The notes: generated by a model not told the origin, from the letters alone. A stretch of 64,000 nucleotides of DNA from Escherichia coli (GCF_003334315.1 NZ_QOWR01000003.1), one strand, 5' to 3'; counted from the first letter of the stretch, positions 38,521-54,400 are shown. Translations and numbers: made by a program.

Positions 38521-38638
38521 AGCACCATCCCTCTTCATGTTTTAACCATGAGCGTTTGCGCCCGTGATCTGCCATTAAGTCTGGTTGCTAACAGCAAAAA
38601 AACCACCCGACAGCGAAAATTCACCGCCGGGCGCGGTT

Positions 38639-40054
38639 TTATTTCAGCCCCAGGGCGGCTTTCATGGTGTAGAAGAGATCGGTCTGGTCGGTCAGTCCAA
38701 CGACATTGGCGGCATGTGGGCCATACGCCGCAATACGCAGCTGACTACCGGTATGTTCTTGTGAATCCTCTTCGGAGTTCCCGTAACTCATCACCATCAC
38801 TGCGCCATCTTTGGTATTTAGCGCCTGGGTGAGGCCCGGCGCTTTGGTGTCCGGCGCAACAATCTGGCTGGCGTGGGCGTGATCAGCGGTGACTATGACC
38901 AGCGTGTTGCCATCCTTTTTAGCGAATTCCAGCGCCCGTTGTACGGCTTCGTCGAGATCGACCGTCTCGCCAATTTGCCCACAAGGATTCGCAGCGTGAT
39001 CCTGTTTATCGATTGATGCACCTTCAACTTGCAGGAAAAAGCCTTTCTCATTTTTACTCAACAATTCAATGGCTTTATCAGTCATCTGCGCCAGGGTCGG
39101 TACGCTGTCATTACGTTGCGGATTAGGCGTACAGGTAACTGCGGGCTTGTCGATATTGCCGTGGTACGTTGCTTTCGGTCCTTGCCAGCGCACTGGCATA
39201 TTGCCGTCAGCAAACAGTCCTAGCAGGGGTTTTTGCTGGTTCGCTTCCGTCACCGCATTCAGTGAGGCAGCATCGCTCACCAACTGATAACCACGCGCCT
39301 GTGCCTGTTCACGCAGCGTTTTTCCCTGCCATTCACCGGCGGTTGCCGTTTCAGCAAAGGTTTTTGCGCCGCCGCCAAGCGTAACATCGGCACGAGCGTT
39401 AAGCAGCTGTTCGGTAATCGATCCTCTCCCGCCTTTTTCTAGCGCGTTACCCGGACATTTTTCACTGGTCGCGCTCGGACCGTAGCATTTGCGCGAGGTC
39501 ACATGTGCCACCAGCGCAGCGGGCGTGGCATCCTGCAACTCTGCGGTAGAAACGTTACCGGTCGCCAGACCTGCGGCTTTTGCCATTTCCAGAATCGTTG
39601 GGTGATCTTTTTCGTGAATATCGACGCCCAGCGCGCCGTTATAGGTTTTGACACCGGTTGACCAGGCGGTTGCTGATGCAGCCGAGTCGGTGACGTAGTC
39701 CGGTTTGCCGGTTTTTTTATTCAGCGCATAGTGAGTGTATTGCCCGGTAAGCGGTAAGGCATCGATACCTTTAAAAAAGCCGCCCGCACCTTCGGCATAA
39801 TTACGTGCGGCAGTAATTTCCGAATCCCCCATCCCATCGCCAATCAGCAAAATAATATTTTTTGCAGGTTTATCGCTAAGAGAATCACGCAGAGCGGCGG
39901 TCTGATCACCCGTTAAGCGGCGAGCACCGCCGGGTGCAGTAATATCGCCCTGAGCAGCCCGGTTTTCCAGAACAGGCATTTCTGGTGTCCGGGCTTTTGT
40001 CACAGGGGTAAACAGTAACGGTAAGAGTGCCAGTGCAATAGTGCTTTGTTTCAC
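38639..40054 (-). CDS. phoA: Alkaline phosphatase
   Basis: ORF track 38639..40123 trimmed to GTG 40052-40054 ([22 protein letters not shown] signal peptide), 471 aa; GGAGA Shine-Dalgarno upstream. Confidence 0.95.
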   Translation of the reverse strand: MKQSTIALALLPLLFTPVTKARTPEMPVLENRAAQGDITAPGGARRLTGDQTAALRDSLSDKPAKNIILLIGDGMGDSEITAARNYAEGAGGFFKGIDALPLTGQYTHYALNKKTGKPDYVTDSAASATAWSTGVKTYNGALGVDIHEKDHPTILEMAKAAGLATGNVSTAELQDATPAALVAHVTSRKCYGPSATSEKCPGNALEKGGRGSITEQLLNARADVTLGGGAKTFAETATAGEWQGKTLREQAQARGYQLVSDAASLNAVTEANQQKPLLGLFADGNMPVRWQGPKATYHGNIDKPAVTCTPNPQRNDSVPTLAQMTDKAIELLSKNEKGFFLQVEGASIDKQDHAANPCGQIGETVDLDEAVQRALEFAKKDGNTLVIVTADHAHASQIVAPDTKAPGLTQALNTKDGAVMVMSYGNSEEDSQEHTGSQLRIAAYGPHAANVVGLTDQTDLFYTMKAALGLK

Positions 40055-40114
40055 TTTATTTTCTCCATGTACAAATACATTAAAAAATAAAAACAAAGCG
40101 ACTATAAGTCTCGG

Positions 40115-40134
40115 CCGTGACAACTTTATGACAG
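40115..40134 (-). promoter_or_regulatory. Pho box of the phoA promoter
   Basis: Reverse complement reads CTGTCATAAAGTTGTCACGG, about 60 nt upstream of phoA start. Confidence 0.65.
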
Positions 40135-40154
40135 CTGTTGAAAAGATTAACTTT

Positions 40155-40415
40155 TTACTGACGAGGATGCTTCAATAACTTCTTTACGTAATCGCGCAGC
40201 AGCTCCGTATCGTCGTCAGGAATGCTGGCATCGGGCTTTACCTCGTACAGCGCCCCCTCTACCTGATCAATCAACCGCTGTTGGTCATTTTGCGCCATAT
40301 TGCGAAGCATTGCAGTGACGATAATCTCCAAAGCTTCTACCTGCGCACACAGTTCTTTCGACTCTTCTTCTTTTTGGGCAAGCTTAAATAACAACTCAGC
40401 AATGAGATTTTTCAT
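40155..40415 (-). CDS. iraP: Anti-adapter protein IraP
   Basis: 86-aa [43 protein letters not shown]... Confidence 0.93.
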
Positions 40416-40877
40416 GTCTGTATTTCCTTATCCAAAGTATGGAGAAGTTAACATTATGTTTCACAACTTCATAGTGTCTGGAAGTATTATTTTTATGACA
40501 AAGGAAATACTTTGCGCAAATATTTTTTGTTTGATTACCAGCGAAACGTTTCTCTTATTTAAATAACTACCCACACAAAATATAGGCTTTTAATTATCAA
40601 CCTTTATTATAAATAAAAGTTATGAAATATATTCTCTTCGTTAACTTATAATTAAGAGAAAAAAACTCACCGCATGGCCATTTAAGCCAGGAATAAATTA
40701 GCTTCCCGTTCATCATTTTTGTGATCTTGCGCACATCTTTGAGATAACGCACTTTCTTCACCAGTACGTTGCACGCTTTGTCAGCAGAAGATTGCAACAA
40801 TCTTTCAGAAGGCCGCGAATCCCCCGTTTTGTCGTGGTAATGTATGCACTTTGTGTTAGACGGGATAGGTTTTTAAG

Positions 40878-41972
40878 ATGGAAAAACTGCGGGTAGGAAT
40901 CGTTTTTGGTGGTAAATCAGCGGAACATGAAGTGTCTCTGCAATCGGCAAAAAACATTGTCGATGCCATTGATAAAAGTCGCTTCGACGTTGTGCTGCTG
41001 GGCATTGATAAACAAGGGCAATGGCACGTCAGCGATGCCAGCAATTATCTGCTAAATGCAGACGATCCTGCCCATATTGCGTTGCGCCCTTCGGCGACCA
41101 GCCTTGCGCAGGTGCCAGGTAAACATGAGCATCAGCTTATCGACGCGCAAAACGGTCAGCCGTTGCCGACGGTGGATGTCATTTTCCCGATTGTCCACGG
41201 TACGCTGGGCGAAGATGGTTCCTTGCAGGGAATGCTGCGGGTCGCCAATTTACCGTTTGTAGGTTCTGATGTTCTGGCTTCAGCAGCCTGTATGGATAAA
41301 GATGTCACCAAACGTCTGCTACGCGATGCCGGGCTGAACATTGCGCCATTTATTACCCTGACGCGCGCTAATCGTCACAACATCAGTTTTGCCGAAGTGG
41401 AGTCTAAACTGGGGTTACCACTGTTTGTAAAACCGGCTAATCAGGGCTCTTCTGTTGGTGTCAGCAAAGTAACCAGTGAAGAACAGTACGCAATTGCCGT
41501 CGATCTGGCGTTCGAGTTCGATCATAAAGTGATCGTTGAGCAAGGGATCAAAGGTCGTGAGATCGAATGCGCAGTTCTGGGCAACGACAATCCGCAAGCC
41601 AGCACCTGTGGCGAGATCGTACTCACCAGCGATTTCTATGCCTACGACACCAAGTACATTGACGAAGATGGCGCGAAAGTGGTAGTTCCGGCAGCCATTG
41701 CACCAGAGATCAACGATAAGATCCGGGCGATTGCCGTTCAGGCTTATCAGACGTTGGGATGCGCAGGCATGGCGCGTGTAGACGTGTTTTTAACCCCAGA
41801 GAACGAAGTGGTGATCAACGAGATCAACACACTGCCTGGCTTCACCAACATCAGTATGTATCCGAAGCTGTGGCAAGCCAGCGGTCTGGGTTACACCGAT
41901 CTGATCACACGTTTGATTGAGCTGGCGCTGGAGCGTCACGCTGCGGATAACGCATTGAAAACCACAATGTAA
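40878..41972 (+). CDS. ddlA: D-alanine--D-alanine ligase A
   Basis: 364-aa [53 protein letters not shown]... Confidence 0.97.
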   Translation: MEKLRVGIVFGGKSAEHEVSLQSAKNIVDAIDKSRFDVVLLGIDKQGQWHVSDASNYLLNADDPAHIALRPSATSLAQVPGKHEHQLIDAQNGQPLPTVDVIFPIVHGTLGEDGSLQGMLRVANLPFVGSDVLASAACMDKDVTKRLLRDAGLNIAPFITLTRANRHNISFAEVESKLGLPLFVKPANQGSSVGVSKVTSEEQYAIAVDLAFEFDHKVIVEQGIKGREIECAVLGNDNPQASTCGEIVLTSDFYAYDTKYIDEDGAKVVVPAAIAPEINDKIRAIAVQAYQTLGCAGMARVDVFLTPENEVVINEINTLPGFTNISMYPKLWQASGLGYTDLITRLIELALERHAADNALKTTM

Positions 41973-41995
41973 TATTTTAACGCCCGATAATATTC

Positions 41996-42208
41996 TTATT
42001 GGGCGTTTTCAGTTTCTTCATCGCGACGACGAATAATCAACCCCGCCAGCCAGAAACTAATCACCCACGTCACCAGACCGACGGCATAGGTCTGCCAACC
42101 TTTTGCTTCAAATCCCAGTAACCCCACCACGCCATTAAGAATGAATATAAGGCCAATGGCGAACGCATAGTAGTGCCAGTCACGGCGGATTTTTACAGGC
42201 AGATTCAT
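41996..42208 (-). CDS. yaiZ: Small inner-membrane protein YaiZ
   Basis: ORF track 41996..42340 trimmed to ATG 42206-42208 (MNLPVKIRRDWHYYAFAIGLIFILNGVVGLLGF...), 70 aa, two predicted TM helices. Confidence 0.8.
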   Translation of the reverse strand: MNLPVKIRRDWHYYAFAIGLIFILNGVVGLLGFEAKGWQTYAVGLVTWVISFWLAGLIIRRRDEETENAQ

Positions 42209-42467
42209 GGCAGCTCCGTTAACGAAAAACAACATCCTTGCATATTCTGTAACAACCGTCTGTGGTGTAGACAACATTTTCGTAATTGTTAATAAATTTA
42301 ACTTAAGGTTGCCATTTTGTGACTCACAACGAAGATTCACGCTTCGGGAATATTCCCAACATCAATTTACCATGATTCTGATATTGACAATCTAAATGAC
42401 CTGTCAGACTTGCCATAAGCCGCTGGTATCACACCAGAAGAGAAGCAGATGACTTCCGGAGGTTTTT

Positions 42468-42776
42468 ATGGCTGATTTCACCCTGTCAAAATCGCTGTTT
42501 AGCGGAAAATATCGCAATGCCTCTTCAACGCCTGGCAACATTGCCTATGCGTTGTTTGTGCTGTTTTGCTTTTGGGCTGGGGCGCAATTGCTGAACCTGT
42601 TAGTGCATGCGCCCGGCGTCTATGAGCGTTTAATGCAGGTCCAGGAAACAGGTCGCCCACGGGTGGAAATTGGTTTAGGTGTCGGCACCATTTTCGGGCT
42701 GATCCCGTTTTTAGTAGGCTGCCTCATTTTTGCAGTGGTGGCGCTATGGCTGCACTGGCGACATCGCCGCCAGTAA
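42468..42776 (+). CDS. yaiY: Inner-membrane protein YaiY
   Basis: 102-aa [45 protein letters not shown]... Confidence 0.9.
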
Positions 42777-42834
42777 GATTTACGTTGCCAGATACGGCCT
42801 AAAACGCCTTATCTGGCATGACATTCCTGTTTGA

Positions 42835-43929
42835 TCACTGTTTCATACAACGCGCCCGCCGTTCGTCTACGCGCTTCGCAAACCAGGCCGTAGTCAGGTT
42901 GCGGGTGATTTTCGGGCTTTCCAGTTGAATGCCAGGCAACATTTCGCGGGGTAGTGATTTACCCGTTTTCGCTTCGGCAAGTTGATAAACTTTCTTGTAC
43001 AGCGCCGTCTCCTCAAAAGAGAAGCTGTCACCTTTCTCTAACTGACGGCGAATTTCGCTGTCGCTCATCCCCAGTTTTCCCGCCAGTTTGCGCGTTGCCA
43101 GTTCGGTTTTCCCGGGTTCTTTACTGTCGTAACGAATTAAATCACCGTCCAGTGCCAGCTTCACGCCGCTGGCCTTACTGACTGCGTTCTGAAACGCGGC
43201 ATTACGGCTGGCGTACCAGCCAGCGTTAAAATCAGCAAAGCGGTATATCGGTGCGCTATAGCTGGCGGGATAATTCAGTAAATGGTAAGTACCAAACCAC
43301 AACCCGCCGCGGCGACTGAAGACTTCCTGACGAACTGTACCGTCCATTTTCCACGGATACCCTTTGGTATGCTGTTCGGCAAAAGCAATGCTGACCTGCA
43401 TCGGCCCACCGGTGCGCACCGGATTAAGCGAACCAAACAGCGTCTGCCCCATTGGTACCATGCTGATCAGATCGTCAAAAATCGCGCTCAATTGCTTTTC
43501 TGTACGCACCGAATCTAACCGTTCGCTATAACTTTTGCCGTTTGGCGATTTGATTTTTAGCGCGGTATGAACCAGAAAAGCAGGAATGTGCATCCGTTCA
43601 GCACGACGGTCAATCTCTTGCCAGGCGATCTTGCTTAAGCCCGGAACGGCCGGATCTGCCTGATAATTTGACTCCTGCTGCGCCACCGCCAGCACCGAGC
43701 AGACGTTTTCCAGCGTCGGTGCCAGCCCCTGACTTTCAAAGGTGGTGGCGAGATCTTTCGCCCAGGCATCGCGGTCTTTCACGCTCGCAGGCATCTTCTG
43801 CCGCACGACGCTCGCCACATCTATCGCTTTTTCGCCCTTTTTCAACGGTTGCGGAGCCTGACTACTACACCCCGCTAAAACCAGAACCGCCAACAATGAC
43901 AGCGAAGATAGAGGATTGACGCGCGACAT
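42835..43929 (-). CDS. yaiW: Lipoprotein YaiW
   Basis: 364-aa ORF MSRVNPLSSLSLLAVLVLAGCSSQ (lipobox LAGC); immediately downstream of sbmA on same strand. Confidence 0.93.
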   Translation of the reverse strand: MSRVNPLSSLSLLAVLVLAGCSSQAPQPLKKGEKAIDVASVVRQKMPASVKDRDAWAKDLATTFESQGLAPTLENVCSVLAVAQQESNYQADPAVPGLSKIAWQEIDRRAERMHIPAFLVHTALKIKSPNGKSYSERLDSVRTEKQLSAIFDDLISMVPMGQTLFGSLNPVRTGGPMQVSIAFAEQHTKGYPWKMDGTVRQEVFSRRGGLWFGTYHLLNYPASYSAPIYRFADFNAGWYASRNAAFQNAVSKASGVKLALDGDLIRYDSKEPGKTELATRKLAGKLGMSDSEIRRQLEKGDSFSFEETALYKKVYQLAEAKTGKSLPREMLPGIQLESPKITRNLTTAWFAKRVDERRARCMKQ

Positions 43930-43941
43930 TACTTCTCCTTT

Positions 43942-45162
43942 TTAGCTCAAGGTATGGGTTACTTCCTGAATTTTGTCACCATCCAGTTCATGTTCAAAGC
44001 TGCGCAGACGTTTGTAGATAGACATCAACTCAACCAGTGTGGTCCATGAGTTAATCAGGTACTGGAAAGCACCGCGAACCTGACCAAAAACGTTGGTAAT
44101 CTGCGTCATCAGGCCGAGCGTAATCGTACCGGCAACAATTGACGGAAACAGCAAGAACAAACCGAAAACGTTATCGACCTGCAAATAGAGAATGCGGGCG
44201 ATGTTGAAATACATATAGTGAAAATAGAGGCGGAAATAGTTTTTCCGCACGGCGCTAAACAGCTCGCGTACCGTAGGCGGCGTCGCACGCGTGGCATCGT
44301 CTTCACCATAAACCAGCTCTTTACGGTAGGCGGCCTCTACTCGCTGGTTTTTAAACTCCAGCCCCGGCAGTTTGATCCCTACCACTGCCAGCAATCCGGT
44401 CCCCATCAGCGACCAGACGATAGCGGCAATCACCAGACCATACGGAATGTGCCCGATAATCGGCAGCTCCGGCACATGCGTGGAGAGCGTTACCAGCACC
44501 GGCAGGAAGGCGATCAACGTCATGATGGCGTTGATAAAACTGACGCCCATATTCTCCAGCGTTGAAGCAAAACGCATGGTGTCTTCCTGCACACGCTGTG
44601 CGGCCCCTTCGATATGACGCAGTTGTTGCCAGTTCGCCATGTAATATTCGTTCATCGCCGTACGCCAGCGGAACACGTAGTGACTGACAAAGAAGTTGTT
44701 CAGCACACTGATCACCACAGCGATCAGCGCAATCCCCAGAAAGACGCCCACTTCGCGGTAAAATTGTTCGATAGTGACTTTATGCGGCGAACTTAGCGCG
44801 GTTTGAATCAGATCATAGAACGGTGCATACCAGGCGTTGACGGCGACCCCGACTTCCACCAAAAACCAGGTGACGAAGATGATCAGTGCAGTACCGAGTA
44901 TTGACCAGTATTGCCAACGGTGCGGGCTGTAGATAAACCAGAAAAATGCAAAAAGTCCTACGCAAACAATGTAGTAAGCGTAAAAAATCAGGAAATCCAA
45001 CGACCAGAAACGCGCGGCGCTAATCGGGATCTGCCCGGAAGCGCCAGTGATACGCGCCACCCAGTCTCCCCCACCGGCTTGCCAGAAGATAACGGCAATC
45101 AATGCCCAAACAAAGGCCGAGAGAAAAAACGCTCCCGGCTTTGGGAAAAAAGACTTAAACAT
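43942..45162 (-). CDS. sbmA: Peptide antibiotic transporter SbmA
   Basis: ORF track 43942..45168 trimmed to ATG 45160-45162 ([31 protein letters not shown]...), 406 aa. Confidence 0.95.
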   Translation of the reverse strand: MFKSFFPKPGAFFLSAFVWALIAVIFWQAGGGDWVARITGASGQIPISAARFWSLDFLIFYAYYIVCVGLFAFFWFIYSPHRWQYWSILGTALIIFVTWFLVEVGVAVNAWYAPFYDLIQTALSSPHKVTIEQFYREVGVFLGIALIAVVISVLNNFFVSHYVFRWRTAMNEYYMANWQQLRHIEGAAQRVQEDTMRFASTLENMGVSFINAIMTLIAFLPVLVTLSTHVPELPIIGHIPYGLVIAAIVWSLMGTGLLAVVGIKLPGLEFKNQRVEAAYRKELVYGEDDATRATPPTVRELFSAVRKNYFRLYFHYMYFNIARILYLQVDNVFGLFLLFPSIVAGTITLGLMTQITNVFGQVRGAFQYLINSWTTLVELMSIYKRLRSFEHELDGDKIQEVTHTLS

Positions 45163-45513
45163 ATGCACTCCTGCTAACTTCTTATCGTTTTAACAACTGC
45201 TGTGTATTAACCGCATGACCACTACAAAGCGTCAGCCAAATGAAACCGCCCATTGTGACCCATAGCAAGGTGCTTAGTTCGCCAGCCTGACCATAAGAAT
45301 TGTTTCGACGGATTTCACAAACCAAAGATTGTTTACATAAGCGGATTAACACGCGCAGGATCACAAATGCAGGCATTGGTGAGCAGGAAAAAGATCGTGT
45401 TTACGCGCCGTTACGTTTTTAACACTATTATTGCACTAATTCGCCCTTTGCAATCCATCAATGAGTAGTATAAATACGCTCAGTTACCTTCATTCAATTT
45501 ATGGACACCACCG

Positions 45514-46671
45514 TTGAAACGTAGTCTGCTTTTTTCTGCCGTGCTGTGTGCGGCGTCATTGACCTCCGTCCATGCGGCGCAGCCGATCACTGAACCGGAG
45601 TTTGCCTCTGATATTGTCGATCGTTATGCCGATCATATTTTTTACGGCAGCGGTGCCACGGGGATGGCGCTGGTTGTTATCGACGGTAACCAGCGCGTCT
45701 TTCGTAGTTATGGCGAAACGCGACCTGGTAATAACGTTCGCCCGCAGCTGGATTCGGTCGTGCGTATTGCTTCCCTCACCAAACTAATGACCAGTGAAAT
45801 GCTGGTGAAATTGCTCGACCAGGGGACCGTAAAGTTAAACGATCCGCTAAGTAAATATGCTCCGCCAGGCGCACGCGTGCCGACCTACAATGGGACGCCC
45901 ATTACCCTAGTGAATCTGGCAACCCATACCAGCGCCCTGCCCCGTGAACAGCCCGGTGGCGCGGCACATCGTCCGGTGTTTGTCTGGCCAACGCGCGAGC
46001 AACGCTGGAAATACCTTTCTACGGCGAAGCTGAAAGCCGCGCCAGGCAGTCAGGCGGCGTACTCTAACCTTGCGTTCGACCTGCTGGCAGATGCACTGGC
46101 GAATGCGTCCGGCAAGCCTTATACCCAGTTGTTTGAAGAGCAGATTACCCGTCCATTGGGGATGAAAGACACCACCTACACCCCCTCACCGGATCAGTGC
46201 CGCCGTTTAATGGTTGCTGAGCGCGGTGCCAGTCCGTGCAATAACACGCTGGCGGCAATTGGCAGCGGCGGCGTCTATTCCACGCCTGGCGATATGATGC
46301 GCTGGATGCAGCAGTATTTGTCATCTGATTTTTATCAGCGCAGTAACCAGGCAGATCGCATGCAGACGTTGATTTATCCGCGCGCGCAGTTTACGAAAGT
46401 GATTGGCATGGATGTCCCCGGCAAAGCGGATGCGCTTGGTTTAGGCTGGGTATATATGGCCCCGAAAGAGGGTCGTCCGGGGATTATTCAGAAGACAGGC
46501 GGTGGTGGCGGTTTCATTACCTATATGGCGATGATCCCGCAGAAGAATATTGGCGCGTTTGTGGTGGTCACTCGTTCGCCGTTGACGCGCTTTAAAAATA
46601 TGAGCGATGGCATCAATGATCTGGTGACCGAGCTAAGCGGGAATAAACCGTTGGTTATCCCCGCATCCTGA
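45514..46671 (+). CDS. ampH: D-alanyl-D-alanine carboxypeptidase/endopeptidase AmpH (class C beta-lactamase fold)
   Basis: 385-aa ORF with signal peptide and SLTK (S-x-x-K) active-site motif. Confidence 0.95.
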   Translation: MKRSLLFSAVLCAASLTSVHAAQPITEPEFASDIVDRYADHIFYGSGATGMALVVIDGNQRVFRSYGETRPGNNVRPQLDSVVRIASLTKLMTSEMLVKLLDQGTVKLNDPLSKYAPPGARVPTYNGTPITLVNLATHTSALPREQPGGAAHRPVFVWPTREQRWKYLSTAKLKAAPGSQAAYSNLAFDLLADALANASGKPYTQLFEEQITRPLGMKDTTYTPSPDQCRRLMVAERGASPCNNTLAAIGSGGVYSTPGDMMRWMQQYLSSDFYQRSNQADRMQTLIYPRAQFTKVIGMDVPGKADALGLGWVYMAPKEGRPGIIQKTGGGGGFITYMAMIPQKNIGAFVVVTRSPLTRFKNMSDGINDLVTELSGNKPLVIPAS

Positions 46672-50346
<3,675 letters not shown>

Positions 50347-50868
50347 TTGTCATCCCTCCTCAGGGACGTAATAAGTTGATCCATCAATTATCAATGCATA
50401 GAAAACATATTATGTTTCGCGCTAACGATTATGCTGTGTTACAGACGAATGGTTCAATTATTCTTTCCCCTAAGTCCGAATGTGGACATATATAATTTAT
50501 GGAGAAAAACACGCATCGAATTGATAAAAACACCATATTTCAATATGTTGCAGATGATGTTATTTTTGATACATACGCGTCACAAATATCACGGACACAA
50601 ACCAGATAAATATCCTATCAATATGCAACAAAGTTTTAATTATTCAATTTATAGCAGGGCAACCAAACTCCCAAAATAATAACCAAGAGCTATTAATAAA
50701 GATTAAAAATATTTTCAGTGAATATGAAATTATTGCTATTTCTATTACAACGATGTCCTGGTCTCTCTTTCATTCTCTTCTTGTCAACATCGCGACAACT
50801 TTCGTAAAACACTCCTGCCCCGCTTCAGGTATACTGTGCACCTTAATTCCACAAACATCAGGCAGACC

Positions 50869-51843
50869 ATGACAGACTTAATCCAACGCCCTCGTCGCCT
50901 GCGCAAATCTCCTGCGCTGCGCGCTATGTTTGAAGAGACAACACTTAGCCTTAACGACCTGGTGTTGCCGATCTTTGTTGAAGAAGAAATTGACGACTAC
51001 AAAGCCGTTGAAGCCATGCCAGGCGTGATGCGCATTCCAGAGAAACATCTGGCACGCGAAATTGAACGCATCGCCAACGCCGGTATTCGTTCCGTGATGA
51101 CTTTCGGCATCTCTCACCATACCGATGAAACCGGCAGCGACGCCTGGCGGGAAGATGGACTGGTGGCGCGTATGTCGCGCATCTGCAAGCAGACTGTGCC
51201 AGAAATGATCGTCATGTCAGACACTTGTTTCTGTGAATACACTTCTCACGGTCACTGCGGTGTGCTGTGCGAGCATGGCGTCGACAACGACGCGACTCTG
51301 GAAAATTTAGGCAAGCAAGCCGTGGTTGCAGCTGCTGCAGGCGCAGACTTCATCGCCCCTTCCGCCGCGATGGACGGCCAGGTACAGGCGATTCGTCAGG
51401 CGCTGGACGCTGCAGGCTTTAAAGATACGGCGATTATGTCGTATTCGACCAAGTTCGCCTCTTCCTTTTATGGCCCGTTCCGTGAAGCTGCCGGAAGCGC
51501 ATTAAAAGGCGACCGCAAAAGCTATCAGATGAACCCAATGAACCGTCGCGAGGCGATTCGTGAATCACTGCTGGATGAAGCCCAGGGCGCAGACTGCCTG
51601 ATGGTTAAACCTGCTGGAGCGTACCTCGACATCGTGCGTGAGCTGCGTGAACGTACTGAATTGCCGATTGGCGCGTATCAGGTGAGCGGTGAGTACGCGA
51701 TGATTAAGTTCGCCGCGCTGGCGGGTGCTATAGATGAAGAGAAAGTCGTGCTCGAAAGCTTAGGTTCAATTAAGCGTGCGGGTGCGGATCTGATTTTCAG
51801 CTACTTTGCGCTGGATTTGGCTGAGAAGAAGATTCTGCGTTAA
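50869..51843 (+). CDS. hemB: Delta-aminolevulinic acid dehydratase (porphobilinogen synthase)
   Basis: ORF track 50836..51843 trimmed to ATG 50869 ([26 protein letters not shown]...), 324 aa. Confidence 0.95.
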
Positions 51844-51849
51844 TTTTTT

Positions 51850-51935
51850 TCCTCTCAGAAAGGGGGAGTTAACCTGTTGAAAGTACGGTGAACGCCCCCT
51901 CACCCTAACCCTCTCCCCAAGGGGGCGAGGGAACC
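51850..51935. repeat. GC-rich imperfect palindromic intergenic element (boxC-like)
   Basis: CCTCTCAGAAAGGGGGAG and GCCCCCTCACCCTAACCCTCTCCCCAAGGGGGCGAGGGAACC between convergent hemB and tauD. Confidence 0.35.
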
Positions 51936-51948
51936 GTCCGCACTCGTA

Positions 51949-52800
51949 TCACCCCGCCCGATAAAACGGTTTATCCCCAAGAATCGTCGCCCGATGCATA
52001 ATCCGCCGCTGTGGCAGGTAATCGGCATTGGCATAGTGCTGAGTCACGCGGTTATCCCAAATCGCAATATCATTCGGTTGCCAGCGCCAACGCACCTGAA
52101 ACTCCGGTTTAGTGATATGGGCGAATAAAAAGCCTAACAAGGCTTCGCTCTCTTTCTCGCTGACATCGACAATTCGCGTAGTAAAGCCTTCATTCACAAA
52201 CAGCGCCTGTTTACCGCTCACCGGATGCGTTCGCACCACCGGATGTAGCAACGGAGGATTTTTCGCGACCGCCTCGCGCCAGCGTTGATGTTCCTCCTCG
52301 GTTTTGCGGTATTTGTATTCCGGGAACGATTTACGGAAATCATGCTCCGCACGCAGCCCGCTCAGCAGCTGGCGGAAGGGAACAGAGAGCGCCTCATAGG
52401 CCGCAATACCGCTGGTCCAGAGCGTATCACCGCCGGTCGAAGGTAATTCTTTAGCTGCCAGAATCGCCCCTGCGGGTGGCGTTTCAATAAATGTCACATC
52501 GGTATGCCAGTTGTCGTTATCTGGCGGATTATCGTTATGGGTATCCAGCACGATGATCTCGTCAACCCCTTCGGCATGAGGGTAAACAGGGTGAATATGC
52601 AGTTCGCCAAAACGCTGGGCCAGCGCGCGTTGCTGCTGCGGCGTAATGGCTTGATCGCGCAGAAACACCACCTGATGGCGCAGCACCGCATGGTAAAGCT
52701 GTTCAAACTGATTATCGCTTAACGGGCGCGTCAGGTCGGCACCCGAAATTTGTGCGCCGATATACGGCCCCAGCGGGGTAATGCTCAGACGTTCACTCAT
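51949..52800 (-). CDS. tauD: Taurine dioxygenase
   Basis: 283-aa [43 protein letters not shown]... Confidence 0.97.
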   Translation of the reverse strand: MSERLSITPLGPYIGAQISGADLTRPLSDNQFEQLYHAVLRHQVVFLRDQAITPQQQRALAQRFGELHIHPVYPHAEGVDEIIVLDTHNDNPPDNDNWHTDVTFIETPPAGAILAAKELPSTGGDTLWTSGIAAYEALSVPFRQLLSGLRAEHDFRKSFPEYKYRKTEEEHQRWREAVAKNPPLLHPVVRTHPVSGKQALFVNEGFTTRIVDVSEKESEALLGFLFAHITKPEFQVRWRWQPNDIAIWDNRVTQHYANADYLPQRRIMHRATILGDKPFYRAG

Positions 52801-53624
52801 TGTACTTCTCCATGCCAGGGCGTCAGACGGCGCTGTAACGCGCGCAAACCCAGTTCTAAAAGAAAGGCGATAATCGCAATCACCGCGATTCCCGCCAGCA
52901 CCACGTCAGTCGCGAGAAATTCACCCGCTGACTGAACCATAAATCCTAAACCGCGCGTCGCGGCAATCAGCTCCGCCGCTACCAGCGTAGACCAGCCCAC
53001 ACCCAGACCAATGCGTAATCCGGTGAGGATTTCCGGCAGCGCGCCGGGCAAAATGACAAACCACAGCACCTGCGCACGGCTGGCACCCAGCGACTGGGCG
53101 GCACGAATGCGAACCTGCTGCGCGCTTTTCACCCCCGCCAGCGCCGACATCGCCACCGGTGCAAAAATCGCTAAATAGATCAGTAAGATCTTCGAGGTTT
53201 CACCAATACCAAACCAGATCACCATCAGCGGCAAATAAGCCAGCGGCGGCACCGGACGATAAAGTTCGATTACCGGATCCAGAATGCCGCGCACCGTCGG
53301 GCTTAGCCCCATGGCGATCCCGACCGGAATACCGATCACCACCGCCGCGAGTAGCGCCAGCACAATGCGCGTCAGGCTGGCTGCCAGATGCTGCCACAGC
53401 GTGGCGTCCATAAATCCCTGCGGTCCGGCAATGGTGAGCAGTTTTGCCAGTACTTGTTGCGGCGGCGGCAAAAACAGCGGGCTAATCAGTTGCAGCGCCG
53501 CCACCGTCCACCATACAGTGAGTAAAACCGCTAACGTGCCAATGCTTAAGGTCACCTGACGCGAGAGCGGCCAGCGCCATTTCAGCCGCCGCGAATGCAG
53601 TTTTTCATTAATGAGCACACTCAT
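52797..53624 (-). CDS. tauC: Taurine ABC transporter permease
   Basis: 275-aa [32 protein letters not shown]...; 4-nt overlap with tauD. Confidence 0.97.
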   Translation of the reverse strand: MSVLINEKLHSRRLKWRWPLSRQVTLSIGTLAVLLTVWWTVAALQLISPLFLPPPQQVLAKLLTIAGPQGFMDATLWQHLAASLTRIVLALLAAVVIGIPVGIAMGLSPTVRGILDPVIELYRPVPPLAYLPLMVIWFGIGETSKILLIYLAIFAPVAMSALAGVKSAQQVRIRAAQSLGASRAQVLWFVILPGALPEILTGLRIGLGVGWSTLVAAELIAATRGLGFMVQSAGEFLATDVVLAGIAVIAIIAFLLELGLRALQRRLTPWHGEVQ

Positions 53625-54388
53625 GAGAACGCCTCCCGTTGCTCAAATACGCGGCTTAAAACATATTCGTGCATGGCGATGAATTGTGGATCGGACTTGA
53701 TGCTGCGGCTCGACTCTCCCGCAACAAAGCGGCGAGCAAAGTTGAGCGGCAGCCGCTCCAGCACACGGCCAGGGCCGGATGAAAGCAGAACCAGTTCAGT
53801 CGCCATAAACACCGCTTCTTCTATATCGTGGGTAATCAACAGCACCTGCTTGCCCGTCTCCTGCCAGAGTTTCAGCAGCAGAGTTTGCATCTGGTCGCGG
53901 GTGAAGGCGTCCAGCGCACCAAACGGTTCGTCGAGTAATAACAGCTGGGGATTCGCCGCCAGCGCGCGGGCAATCCCCACCCGCTGACGTTGACCACCGG
54001 AAAGCTGCCAGATGTAGCGTTTTTCTGCGCCTTCCAGCCCCACTTTTTTCAGCATCTGGTGCGCGATTTCCAGTCGCTGCATTTTCTCTATACCTGCCAA
54101 TTGCAGGCCGAACGCCACGTTGTCCTGTACATTGCGCCACGGTAGCAGCCCTTCATTCTGAAAAACCACCCCGCGCTCTGCTCCCGGTCCCTCAATACGC
54201 TTACCCGCCAGTTGAATGCTGCCATGCTGATAAGGCACAAAACCGGCAATCAGATTCAGCAGGGTGGTTTTACCGCAGCCGGACGGCCCCAGCACCACCA
54301 GTAGCTCGCCGCTTTCCAGCGTCAGGTTGATATCTTCCAGTGCCGGTTTGCCGCCATAATCGGCATAGAGATGAGAGATTTGCAGCAT
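53621..54388 (-). CDS. tauB: Taurine ABC transporter ATP-binding protein
   Basis: 255-aa ORF, Walker [10 protein letters not shown], signature LSGGQRQR. Confidence 0.97.
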   Translation of the reverse strand: MLQISHLYADYGGKPALEDINLTLESGELLVVLGPSGCGKTTLLNLIAGFVPYQHGSIQLAGKRIEGPGAERGVVFQNEGLLPWRNVQDNVAFGLQLAGIEKMQRLEIAHQMLKKVGLEGAEKRYIWQLSGGQRQRVGIARALAANPQLLLLDEPFGALDAFTRDQMQTLLLKLWQETGKQVLLITHDIEEAVFMATELVLLSSGPGRVLERLPLNFARRFVAGESSRSIKSDPQFIAMHEYVLSRVFEQREAFS

Positions 54389-54400
54389 CTGCGCCTCCTT

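Noticed and set aside
45182-45376. 64-aa minus-strand ORF immediately upstream of sbmA
   Set aside because: Sits in the sbmA promoter/leader; no ribosome-binding site noticed and no homologue recognised; more likely non-coding leader.
50431-50679. 82-aa ORF in the AT-rich autotransporter-hemB spacer
   Set aside because: AT-rich low-complexity frame in a promoter region; no start context or conservation argument.
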